Part shown: one piece after another, positions 18,234 to 26,024 of the stretch
Layout of the letters: every line of letters begins with the position of its first letter
Position numbering within the stretch: position 1 is the first letter of the stretch
Assembly: GCA_041288095.1 (NCBI GenBank)
Contig: JBGGMJ010000095.1
Coordinates: forward strand, 1 to 31,337
Length of the DNA stretch: 31,337 nt
Source: Myxococcota bacterium
GTDB taxonomy: Bacteria; Myxococcota; XYA12-FULL-58-9; JALHOP01
Reading direction: 5' to 3'
Position numbers and translations under genes: made by a program
The notes under the pieces: generated by a model
Seen by the model: only the letters and a program-made list of their open reading frames with translations
Databases searched by the model: none
Told to the model about the DNA's origin: nothing

Positions 18234-19163
18234 ATGGACGGCATCCTCATCATCGATAAGCCGGTCGGCCCGACGTCGCACGACATCGTCAGCAGCGTCC
18301 GCAAGATCCTCAAAGAGAAGAAGGTCGGTCACACCGGCACGCTCGATCCCGCGGCCACCGGCGTGCTGCCGCTGGTGCTCGGCAAGGCGACGAAGCTCGC
18401 GCGCTACCTCACCGGCGGCGACAAGCGCTACCTCGCGACGTTCAAGCTCGGACAGACGACCGACACGCTCGACGCCGAAGGTACGGTGACCTCCGAGAAG
18501 CCGGTCAACGTCACCGAAGCGCAGGTGCGGGAGGCCGTCGCCAAGTTCGTCGGCGCCATCGAGCAGACGCCGCCCATGTATTCGGCGAAGAAGATCGAAG
18601 GGCAGCGGCTCTACGAGCTCGCCCGCCAAGGTGTGACCATCGAGCGCGAGGCCAAGCGCGTCACCATCCACAGCTGCGACGTCCTCGACGTGAAGCTCCC
18701 CGAAGTCACCGTCGACGTTTTATGCTCCGCCGGCACCTACGTGCGCGTGCTCGCGGCCGACATCGGTGAGCTGCTCGGTTGCGGCGCTCACCTGACCATG
18801 CTGCGACGGACCGCCGCCGGCGCCTTCAAGATCGACGACGCGGTCTCGCTCGAAGCCCTGGCGGACGACCCCGCCATGGCGAAGACGCGCCTCCTGCCGC
18901 TATCGCGGGCACTTTCGGACTTACCGACCATCGCGTTGCCCATCGGCGTCGTGAAGATGGTTACCAGCGGCTATCAACTCTGTGTCGCCGACCTGCGCGC
19001 GCTCGATACCCCGAGCTTCGCCGAGGGCGCGACGGTCGCTCTGGTCAGCGACGGCGGAGATCTCGTCGCGGTCGCCGAAGCCCTGGTCGCGAGCTCGGAG
19101 TTGGCGAGCTCCCGTCGGGATCGTCGAGCCCTGAAGACGGAGCGGGTGATCGCGGCTCAGTAA
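18234..19163 (+). CDS. truB: tRNA pseudouridine(55) synthase
   Basis: IDKPVGPTSHDIV, KVGHTGTLDPAATGVL, QTPPMYSAKK and CSAGTYVR. ATG at 18234. Confidence 0.97.
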   Translation: MDGILIIDKPVGPTSHDIVSSVRKILKEKKVGHTGTLDPAATGVLPLVLGKATKLARYLTGGDKRYLATFKLGQTTDTLDAEGTVTSEKPVNVTEAQVREAVAKFVGAIEQTPPMYSAKKIEGQRLYELARQGVTIEREAKRVTIHSCDVLDVKLPEVTVDVLCSAGTYVRVLAADIGELLGCGAHLTMLRRTAAGAFKIDDAVSLEALADDPAMAKTRLLPLSRALSDLPTIALPIGVVKMVTSGYQLCVADLRALDTPSFAEGATVALVSDGGDLVAVAEALVASSELASSRRDRRALKTERVIAAQ

Positions 19164-20712
19164 GCTGCGCCGGCAACCTGCGGATCTTGCGGTAGGCCGT
19201 CTTGAACATCGGCCGGAACCAGTAAAGCACGAGCGCCAAGCACAGCCAGCCGGCCAGGTCACCGATGCGGCTGTAGATGGTGCGTCCTTGCAGAGCCGCG
19301 ACGTCGTGCATGGTGTTCGCTCGAGCGAACACCGGCGTCTCGTCGAGGATGCGTCCCGCTGGGTCGACGAAGGCGCTGATACCGGTGTTGGTCGAGCGCG
19401 CCAGGAAGCGGCGGTGCTCGATGGAGCGGAAGATCGCCATCGCCAGATGGATGAGCGGCTCGCGCGAAGCACCGAACCAGGCATCGTTGGTGATGTTCAC
19501 CAGGACATCGGGCTCGCTCTCCATCACCTTGCTGACGAAGCGTGGCAGGAGGTCTTCGTAGCAAATGAGGATGCCGTACTTCACGCCGTCGTATTCGAAG
19601 GGCTTGGTGTGGGCGCCGCGGTTGAACTTGCTGGTGTTCGGCGAGAGCTCATAGAGCAACGGGAACCAGTCACCGAAGGGCAGGTACTCCCCGAAGGCGA
19701 GCAAGTACGTCTTGTCATAGGTGCCGAGGATGTTACCGCCGGCGTCGGTCATGAACGCGGTGTTCCAGACCTCGCGCTCGCCACTCTCGCTCTTGGCGAC
19801 GCGCAGCCCACCGAAGATGAGCGGCGTCGAGATGGGCCCAAGCACCTGGCCGGCGACGTTCGTGGTCCCTTCGCGGATCGGATAATAGAAGCCCGACTCA
19901 GGCCAGATGATGAGCTCGGCACCCTGGCGCTCGACCTCGAGCGACTGCTCGCGATGGCGTCGCAGACCTTCCGACGGGCGCTGGGTCTTGTCGTAGATCC
20001 CCATGTTGGTCTGCACCATGCCGACGCGGATCTTCTTGGGCGCGACCGCCACGGTGTCGTCGATGTTGGATAGGGCCGCCGCGCCGTAGACGATGTCGAA
20101 GGCGACGAGCACCACGAAGGTGATCCCGGAGGCGAGCGGCATCTGTCCGCGACCGCGTACGAGCCATGCGAGGACCTGGTAGATCACCGCCGAGCTCAAC
20201 GCCAGGATGAAGCCGACGCCCAACACGCCCCAGATGTCGACGCTCTGGATGACCACGAGCTGCCGGTACTGGGAGTTCGCGAAGTAGCTCGGAAACAGCG
20301 CCGGGTAGAGCCACTCGATGACGACCATGGTGACCGGCGCGGTCCAGACCAGCGGCACGCGCAGTCTCTGCGACACCACCCACGTGAGCAGGCCCCAGGC
20401 TCCGAAGAGCGAGCTTTGCCCGAGGCACACCAAGAAAAAGCCCAAGACCGCGAGTGGCAACGGCAGGTGCCCGAAGTCGCGGAGCATGCCGATGAGCCAG
20501 GTGTAGCCCAACACGTGCGCCGTGAGCCCCGCGACCCAGCTGAAGCCGAGGGCGCGCGCCTTTCCTAGACCAGGGTCGTCGAGCACCCAGAGGAGTGGCA
20601 CGAAGCACACCCAGGCCAGCAGCCACTGCTCGTAGCCCGGCCAGGCGATGGCGTAACCAGCGCCCGACGCGACCGCAAGGAGCGCTTGACGCTGCTGTTT
20701 CGCGTCCCGCAT
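19045..20712 (-). CDS. lnt: Apolipoprotein N-acyltransferase
   Basis: Multiple N-terminal TM segments, nitrilase triad in IWPES, YDKTYLLAFGEY and LICYED, plus NITNDAWFG and RSTNTGIS. Confidence 0.96.
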   Translation of the reverse strand: MRDAKQQRQALLAVASGAGYAIAWPGYEQWLLAWVCFVPLLWVLDDPGLGKARALGFSWVAGLTAHVLGYTWLIGMLRDFGHLPLPLAVLGFFLVCLGQSSLFGAWGLLTWVVSQRLRVPLVWTAPVTMVVIEWLYPALFPSYFANSQYRQLVVIQSVDIWGVLGVGFILALSSAVIYQVLAWLVRGRGQMPLASGITFVVLVAFDIVYGAAALSNIDDTVAVAPKKIRVGMVQTNMGIYDKTQRPSEGLRRHREQSLEVERQGAELIIWPESGFYYPIREGTTNVAGQVLGPISTPLIFGGLRVAKSESGEREVWNTAFMTDAGGNILGTYDKTYLLAFGEYLPFGDWFPLLYELSPNTSKFNRGAHTKPFEYDGVKYGILICYEDLLPRFVSKVMESEPDVLVNITNDAWFGASREPLIHLAMAIFRSIEHRRFLARSTNTGISAFVDPAGRILDETPVFARANTMHDVAALQGRTIYSRIGDLAGWLCLALVLYWFRPMFKTAYRKIRRLPAQLTEPRSPAPSSGLDDPDGSSPTPSSRPGLRRPRRDLRRR

Positions 20713-20725
20713 AGATGCGCCCGCT

Positions 20726-21055
20726 ATGCCGATTTACGAGTACGAGTGCAAGAAGTGCCACAAGATGACCGAGGTCATGCAGCGCATGTCCGACCCCGGC
20801 CCCGCCAAATGCCCCCATTGCGGGAGCAAGCGTATCGAGCGCGTCATGAGCCAGACGTCGTTCCAGCTCAAGGGCGACGGTTGGTACATCACCGACTATT
20901 CTCGCAAGGACAAAGAGAAGAAGGCCTCGAAATCGAAGCGCGACGGTGACTCCGGCGGCGAGACCACCAAGTCGGAGACCAAGAGCGAGGCCAAGGCCGA
21001 CAAGAGCGAGAAGTCCGAGAGCAAAAAGAGCAAGCCGTCCGCTAAAAGCGACTAG
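20726..21055 (+). CDS. FmdB-family zinc ribbon protein with a Lys/Ser/Glu-rich tail
   Basis: MPIYEYECKKC...CPHCG...FQLKGDGWYITDY. Confidence 0.92.
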   Translation: MPIYEYECKKCHKMTEVMQRMSDPGPAKCPHCGSKRIERVMSQTSFQLKGDGWYITDYSRKDKEKKASKSKRDGDSGGETTKSETKSEAKADKSEKSESKKSKPSAKSD

Positions 21056-22335
21056 CTCTGCGGCGGCGGCACGGTGACCTTCGTGAAGCGCGGCAGCGCC
21101 CAGCCGTTCGGCTGGTCGAGGCGGTCGAGGAATGACGGTAGGACGACGGTTTGGCAGTGGATGCCGCCGTTGAAGCCGACGGCGGTCTTCCCCGAGTCGT
21201 AAGGAACGACGCGATAGCCGTGCTTGGCGTAAACATCGCGTGCCCGCGCGTCGATGGCGGGGTCGACGCCGACGCTCGCGAACTGCGGCACGAACGCTAC
21301 TTTCTCGGTGTCCGTGACGATGCCGAGCGCGTTCGCATAGGTGCACGACGGCACCTTGCTCTCCATGAGCGAAGGCAACATGTCGACCTCGAGACCGCAG
21401 GCGCGCAGGTACTCGGCGTATTCCGCGCTGTCGGTGAGCGCGGCTTGGTCGCTCATGGGGAAGATGCGCTCGTCGGCATGGCCGATGCCGACCTTTTCAC
21501 CCTTGGCGTTGGTGAGGTGCGGCAACACGTGGACGTGATGCGCACCGGTTGCAACGTAGTCTTCCGGCATCGATCCGCCCAAGCGGACGCTATCGACCAG
21601 GAAGATCTGCTTGCCGATGCGCGCCGAGTTGCCGAACTCGATGGTCTCGGGGATTTCGTGGTGTCGCCCGGCGCGGAACATGTTGCAGAAGGGCACGGTG
21701 ACGGTGTTGCCGTTGTAGTACTGCGCCGTCACCACCTTGGCCTTGCCTTGCTCGCTCCGCACCCACAGGCCGAAATGGTCGCGCATCCACTCTGGTTCTC
21801 CCTGCGGATTGCCGTTGCTCCAAAGAGTCACGAAGTAGGTGTCACCGCCGCGCGCTCGGGCATTGACCTCGAACATGACCATCGCGTCACGCACGTGCTT
21901 GTCGTGCGAGGAGACCACGAAGAGTGGGACCGACGCGGGGAGCTCGCGCGCCAAGGCCTCGAACATCGCCGCCGAGTCGTAGTCGCGGTAGGCCTCGACG
22001 ACGAGGGCGCCACTGCGGGCATAGTCGTGCACCGGCTCGACTGGCGCCGTGGGAATACCTCGCCGCAAACAAGCCGATAACCGCTTTAGCGGATCCGAAA
22101 AGTCGTGATACGCGAAACCTCGTTGCGCCATTTCGGCCCGCTTCGTCGCGGACATGACGGGCGCGCCCTTGGCGCCCGCTGGCGCCACGTCGCCGAGCAG
22201 CTTGCGCAAGAGCAAACGCTCCCGCATGGCCAGGTGGTCACGCGCCGGCGGTTCACGTCGAACCGCCGGGCGAACCATTGCACGCGCCGAACCATGAACC
22301 TGGGCGTGGTGAAGATTGGGTGCGATTCGGCGCAT
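21052..22335 (-). CDS. Agmatine/peptidylarginine deiminase-like enzyme (guanidino-modifying alpha/beta propeller) with N-terminal extension
   Basis: WMRD, EFGN, GHADE, TYAN and terminal GGIHCQT (catalytic Cys) occur in the expected order. Confidence 0.8.
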   Translation of the reverse strand: MRRIAPNLHHAQVHGSARAMVRPAVRREPPARDHLAMRERLLLRKLLGDVAPAGAKGAPVMSATKRAEMAQRGFAYHDFSDPLKRLSACLRRGIPTAPVEPVHDYARSGALVVEAYRDYDSAAMFEALARELPASVPLFVVSSHDKHVRDAMVMFEVNARARGGDTYFVTLWSNGNPQGEPEWMRDHFGLWVRSEQGKAKVVTAQYYNGNTVTVPFCNMFRAGRHHEIPETIEFGNSARIGKQIFLVDSVRLGGSMPEDYVATGAHHVHVLPHLTNAKGEKVGIGHADERIFPMSDQAALTDSAEYAEYLRACGLEVDMLPSLMESKVPSCTYANALGIVTDTEKVAFVPQFASVGVDPAIDARARDVYAKHGYRVVPYDSGKTAVGFNGGIHCQTVVLPSFLDRLDQPNGWALPRFTKVTVPPPQS

Positions 22336-22417
22336 GCGCGACTCCCTGGAAAAACCCTCCAGGGCGTATCGACGCGGTTGCCAGTGAACGGGCGGGGACT
22401 GCGCAGCGATGGCGCAG

Positions 22418-23260
22418 TTAACGTGGCGACGTCGAGATGCTCACGACTTCGAGACGTTTGCGCTCGAACATGCGGGTGATCGATTGCGCGTCCCGGGGGT
22501 GCGAGCCCGCCGCGGCGTGACGTGCCAACGACTGGTGCAACACGGTGGCGGTGGCCAGCGGCAAGGCGCCTTGCTCGACCATGGTGCGCAACTGACGCGA
22601 CACCGCGGTCGCGAAGCCCGCGACCTTTTCGACGCGCTTGGGATCGCCCGGCGACGGCATGTAGAGGATGAGCGTGGTGTAGGCGCTCTCGGGGCGTTCC
22701 TTGGGCCGGAACAACTTGGAGATCAGCCCCTCGACGCGTTCCTGACCAGCGGCGGTGTCGGGCTGCGGCCATTGCATCGGACCGTGCATGACGCCTCGAT
22801 GCGCGTCGATGTCCGCGAAAGCGGTGTCGAGATGCTGAAAATAACGGGCCGCGTCTTCCGTCTCCATGTCCGCGAGCGGGCGGTGCTCGGTGGGAATGAA
22901 CGACTGGACCTGATTCTGCGGCAGCGGTTCTTCGACGGTACGCACGCTCTGTCCGTTGTGATTCACCACGGAGGCGTTGTCACCTGACGTAAGGTCGCGG
23001 TGCTGCGGACCCGGCACTGCCGGCGGTTCCGGACGCCAGTTGCCGTGTCGGTTGCCGGTGCCGCTGGCTGCCGGCGGGGTCATGTCATCCGCCTGCGGGC
23101 GGGGCGCGCTCATGACGCTCCAGTGATCTGCCGCGGGTCGGCTCAGCGCTTGGCGCTGCGGACCCTCCATCTTGGGCTGCCCAGACGGCTTGGGAGTGCC
23201 GGCATGGGGGCCGTCGGGGCTCGGAAGCGTAGTAGTCGTATCACCCGTAACAAAGGTCAT
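22418..23260 (-). CDS. Hypothetical protein with a Pro/Thr/Gly-rich N-terminal half
   Basis: Fills the gap between co-oriented genes. ATG at 23260 has GAGAGGG upstream; 23290 is an alternative start. Confidence 0.65.
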   Translation of the reverse strand: MTFVTGDTTTTLPSPDGPHAGTPKPSGQPKMEGPQRQALSRPAADHWSVMSAPRPQADDMTPPAASGTGNRHGNWRPEPPAVPGPQHRDLTSGDNASVVNHNGQSVRTVEEPLPQNQVQSFIPTEHRPLADMETEDAARYFQHLDTAFADIDAHRGVMHGPMQWPQPDTAAGQERVEGLISKLFRPKERPESAYTTLILYMPSPGDPKRVEKVAGFATAVSRQLRTMVEQGALPLATATVLHQSLARHAAAGSHPRDAQSITRMFERKRLEVVSISTSPR

Positions 23261-23324
23261 GGCGGTGACCCTCTCGTGCTGGGTGAACATAAACGACGTG
23301 GTCTGTGGCTGGTTGGTTGGCGGT

Positions 23325-23340
23325 GTGGGTCTTTACCCAC
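23325..23340. other. Small hairpin GTGGGT-N4-ACCCAC in an intergenic region
   Basis: Perfect 6-bp stem about 40 bp downstream of the lipoprotein gene stop, with no U-tract. Confidence 0.3.
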
Positions 23341-23381
23341 CGTGATTTCGGTGAAACGCGTTAAAACGACCCGTACAGGGG

Positions 23382-23879
23382 TTAACGTTGTGCTTTGAGG
23401 TTATTGATCGCCTCGTTCAAGCGCTGTTGTTCTTTGCGAAGATTTTCGAGCTCGGCGCGGAGGGTGCGGAGCTCGGCTTCGAGGGCGGCCACGTCAGGGG
23501 GAGGATCGGATGACGCAGCGCTCCGTAGACCAGGACGGCGGGGCCGGTCGTCAGCGCTCGGCAATCGGTCATCGGCCATCGGCGCTCGGCCATCGGCTTT
23601 CGGCGCTCGGTCATCGGCATTCGGCAATCGGCGATCGGTATTCGGCAATCGACCATCCGCCTTCCGTCTCGGCTCCCCCGTCGCCAACAGACACCGATGC
23701 CTCGCACACACGAGCTCCCCGTCGCACTCTCCATCATCCGCGCATAACGGTGTGCACGCCCCGCGATAACAATCGGCTCCCTTGCCGCACTCCTTGGTCT
23801 CGGCGCACGTCTCCCCGAGAGCGACCTGTTTGCCGCACGCCGCCGCCAGCAGCGCGAGCACCAGCCCCGCGCGTCTCAT
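23382..23879 (-). CDS. Predicted Cys-rich lipoprotein with repeat linker and C-terminal coiled coil
   Basis: MRR, a hydrophobic core and LAAAC lipobox, two C-x5-C-x5-C-x4-C units, and a heptad tail LEAELRTLRAELENLRKEQQRLNEAINNL. Its ATG overlaps the Hsp70 stop (ATGA). Confidence 0.75.
   Translation of the reverse strand: MRRAGLVLALLAAACGKQVALGETCAETKECGKGADCYRGACTPLCADDGECDGELVCARHRCLLATGEPRRKADGRLPNTDRRLPNADDRAPKADGRAPMADDRLPSADDRPRRPGLRSAASSDPPPDVAALEAELRTLRAELENLRKEQQRLNEAINNLKAQR
23546..23664. repeat. Degenerate heptanucleotide tandem array, about 17 x GGCNNTC
   Basis: ggtcgtc agcgctc ggcaatc ggtcatc ggccatc ggcgctc ggccatc ggctttc ggcgctc ggtcatc ggcattc ggcaatc ggcgatc ggtattc ggcaatc gaccatc cgccttc. 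Confidence 0.9.
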
Positions 23880-25390
23880 TCGCGAAAGCGGACGGACTGC
23901 TGCATGACCTGACCGGTGGCCACGTCGCGCGCATTCAGCGACAAGGTGCCCTCGAGGCTCACGTCGAACACGACCTCGACCCGCACGCTGCCCGCTTCGC
24001 CGGGTCGCAGGCCGGCGAAGGTAAACTCGCCGAGCAGTACGTTATCGCGGGCACGTTCCTTGTCGCCTTGATACAGGCGCATCACCAGATCCTTCTGGTT
24101 GTTCTTGTGCGTCGTGAATACGAAGGCTTTGCGGTTGGGCACGGCGCAGTTGCGCTCGAATAGCTTGTGCAGCGTGCCGTGCGCCGTCTCGATGCCAATC
24201 GCCATCGGTAAGACGTCGAGCAGCGTCAGCTTGAGCGGCGACTGCGACTCGAGCGACCAGGCGTAGAGGGCGGCGCCGATGGCCACGGACTCGTCGGGGT
24301 GAACCATCTTCGACGGAGCGCGGCCGAAGAAGTCGGCGATGCGCTTCTGAATCGCCGGCATGCGCGTTTGGCCACCAACGAGGATGACCTGATCGAGCTT
24401 GTCGGGTGTGGTGCCGGCTTCCTCGATGACGCGCGCGCACGTCTCGAAGGTCTGATCCATGAGCGGCAGCGTCAGTGTCTCGAGCTCATCACGCCGCATC
24501 ACCATGTTGATGTCGAGCGGCTTGCCGGAGCGGTTGGTGGTGACGAATGGGATGAGCAACGGCACTTCCGACCGGCTCGAGAGGTCGATCTTGATGCGCT
24601 CGCTGACGTCGCGCAGGCGTTGCATGGCGATCGGGTCGGCGGAGAGATCGATGTCGTGCTTGGCGCGGAAATCGCCCAGCACGTAGCGGATGATGGCCTC
24701 ATCGAAGTCGAGTCCGCCCAAGAAGACGTCGCCGCCGGTCGACTTGACCTCGAAGATGCGGTCGCGGATGGAGATGACGCTGATATCGAAGGTGCCGCCA
24801 CCGAGGTCGTAGACCGCGACCATCTCGTTGACGTTGCGGCGCGCTCCGTACGCCAAAGCGGCCGCGGTCGGCTCGTTGATGATGCGCACGACCTCGAGTC
24901 CGATGCTGTTGCCGGCTTCGTAGACCGCTTGGCGTTGTCGGTCGTTGAAGTAGGCGGGCACCGTGACCACGGCACGCGTGATCTTCACGTTCAAGTTGGC
25001 GCTGGCGACATCGCGAACCTTGGCGAGTATTTTTCCGGAGATCTCGTGGATCTTGTACGTCTTGCCGTCGAGGACAACGAGCGCTTCGCCGTCGGGCCCG
25101 GCCACGATCTCGTAGGTCACCGCGGCGCGCATGCGCTGCACGACGTCGGACGCATAGCGCATGCCGATGACGCGCTTGGCGCCGTGGACGGTGCGCTTCG
25201 GATTGAGTTGCCACTGGCGCTTGGCCTCGTAGCCGACCAACTCGTTGCCCTTGTCGTCGATGGCGTAGATCGACGGGACGGTGAACTCGCCGCCGCGATA
25301 GGGAATCAGGCGAACGTTTCCGGTATCGTCCGCGAGCGCCGCGCAAGAATTGGTGGTGCCGAGGTCGATGCCGAGGATGGGCGCGGTCAT
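23876..25390 (-). CDS. Hsp70/DnaK-family protein lacking the C-terminal helical lid
   Basis: GIDLGTTNS, TVPAYFND, INEPTAAA, DLGGGTFD, VGGQTRMP and the linker LLDVLPMAIGIET. It ends at 504 aa after the beta substrate-binding subdomain. Confidence 0.92.
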   Translation of the reverse strand: MTAPILGIDLGTTNSCAALADDTGNVRLIPYRGGEFTVPSIYAIDDKGNELVGYEAKRQWQLNPKRTVHGAKRVIGMRYASDVVQRMRAAVTYEIVAGPDGEALVVLDGKTYKIHEISGKILAKVRDVASANLNVKITRAVVTVPAYFNDRQRQAVYEAGNSIGLEVVRIINEPTAAALAYGARRNVNEMVAVYDLGGGTFDISVISIRDRIFEVKSTGGDVFLGGLDFDEAIIRYVLGDFRAKHDIDLSADPIAMQRLRDVSERIKIDLSSRSEVPLLIPFVTTNRSGKPLDINMVMRRDELETLTLPLMDQTFETCARVIEEAGTTPDKLDQVILVGGQTRMPAIQKRIADFFGRAPSKMVHPDESVAIGAALYAWSLESQSPLKLTLLDVLPMAIGIETAHGTLHKLFERNCAVPNRKAFVFTTHKNNQKDLVMRLYQGDKERARDNVLLGEFTFAGLRPGEAGSVRVEVVFDVSLEGTLSLNARDVATGQVMQQSVRFRE

Positions 25391-25454
25391 AGGCTGCTGA
25401 ACAAAGCATCGCAGGATTCGCGGATTGCGCGCAAGTTAGGGTACAGTTCCGCGG

Positions 25455-26024
25455 GTGAGCGCGGCGCCGGATCTAGCAGGCTGCACGGTAATTTACGGCG
25501 GTAGCTTCAACCCGCCGCACATCGCGCATCAGATGACCCTGCTGTACCTGCTCGAGGCCCTGGGTGCCGAAAGCGTGCTGGTGGTACCCGCGCGTACACA
25601 TCCGCTCGGCAAGGAGCTCGCCACCTTCGATGAGCGGGTGGCCCTTTGTGAGCTGATGGCCGAGCCATTTGGTGAGCGCGTGCGGGTGTCGCGCGTCGAA
25701 GACGAGCTAGGAGGAGCCGGGCGTACCTACGATTTGCTGGTACATTTACGGACGACTATGCCGAGGGAGAAATTGGTCTTGTCCGTTGGAGCGGACATTT
25801 TGGGCGAGACGGACCGCTGGTATCGTTGGGACGATATCGTCGCCATGGTGCCGGTGGTGATCCTCGGCCGCAAAGGCTTTCCCGATCCTCGCGCCTTGCC
25901 GGTCGAGCTGCCCGAAGTGTCGAGCACCCACATCCGTGAGCTGCGCCGTGAGGGCAAGTCCATCCGAGGCTTGGTGCCGAGCAATGTGGCACGACGTATC
26001 GAGCGCCGAGGATTGTACGCGTGA
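25455..26024 (+). CDS. nadD: Nicotinate-nucleotide adenylyltransferase
   Basis: YGGSFNPPHIAH, RTYDLL, VGADI, W-x2-W and VSSTHIR. Confidence 0.9.
   Translation: MSAAPDLAGCTVIYGGSFNPPHIAHQMTLLYLLEALGAESVLVVPARTHPLGKELATFDERVALCELMAEPFGERVRVSRVEDELGGAGRTYDLLVHLRTTMPREKLVLSVGADILGETDRWYRWDDIVAMVPVVILGRKGFPDPRALPVELPEVSSTHIRELRREGKSIRGLVPSNVARRIERRGLYA

Noticed and set aside
22073..22082. GCCGATAACC on the + strand
   Set aside because: It lies inside the deiminase gene on the antisense strand with no credible + gene downstream. It shows the -10-like word can occur by chance.
23876..25390. Calling this gene dnaK or a truncated pseudogene
   Set aside because: It lacks the lid and the grpE/dnaJ context, yet ends cleanly at a domain boundary with a coupled downstream gene, so a specialised paralogue fits better.
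19898..25504. Long ORFs 19898-21346 (-), 21151-22080 (+) and 24299-25504 (+)
   Set aside because: Alternative-frame or antisense overlaps of lnt/FmdB, the deiminase and Hsp70, without motifs of their own.
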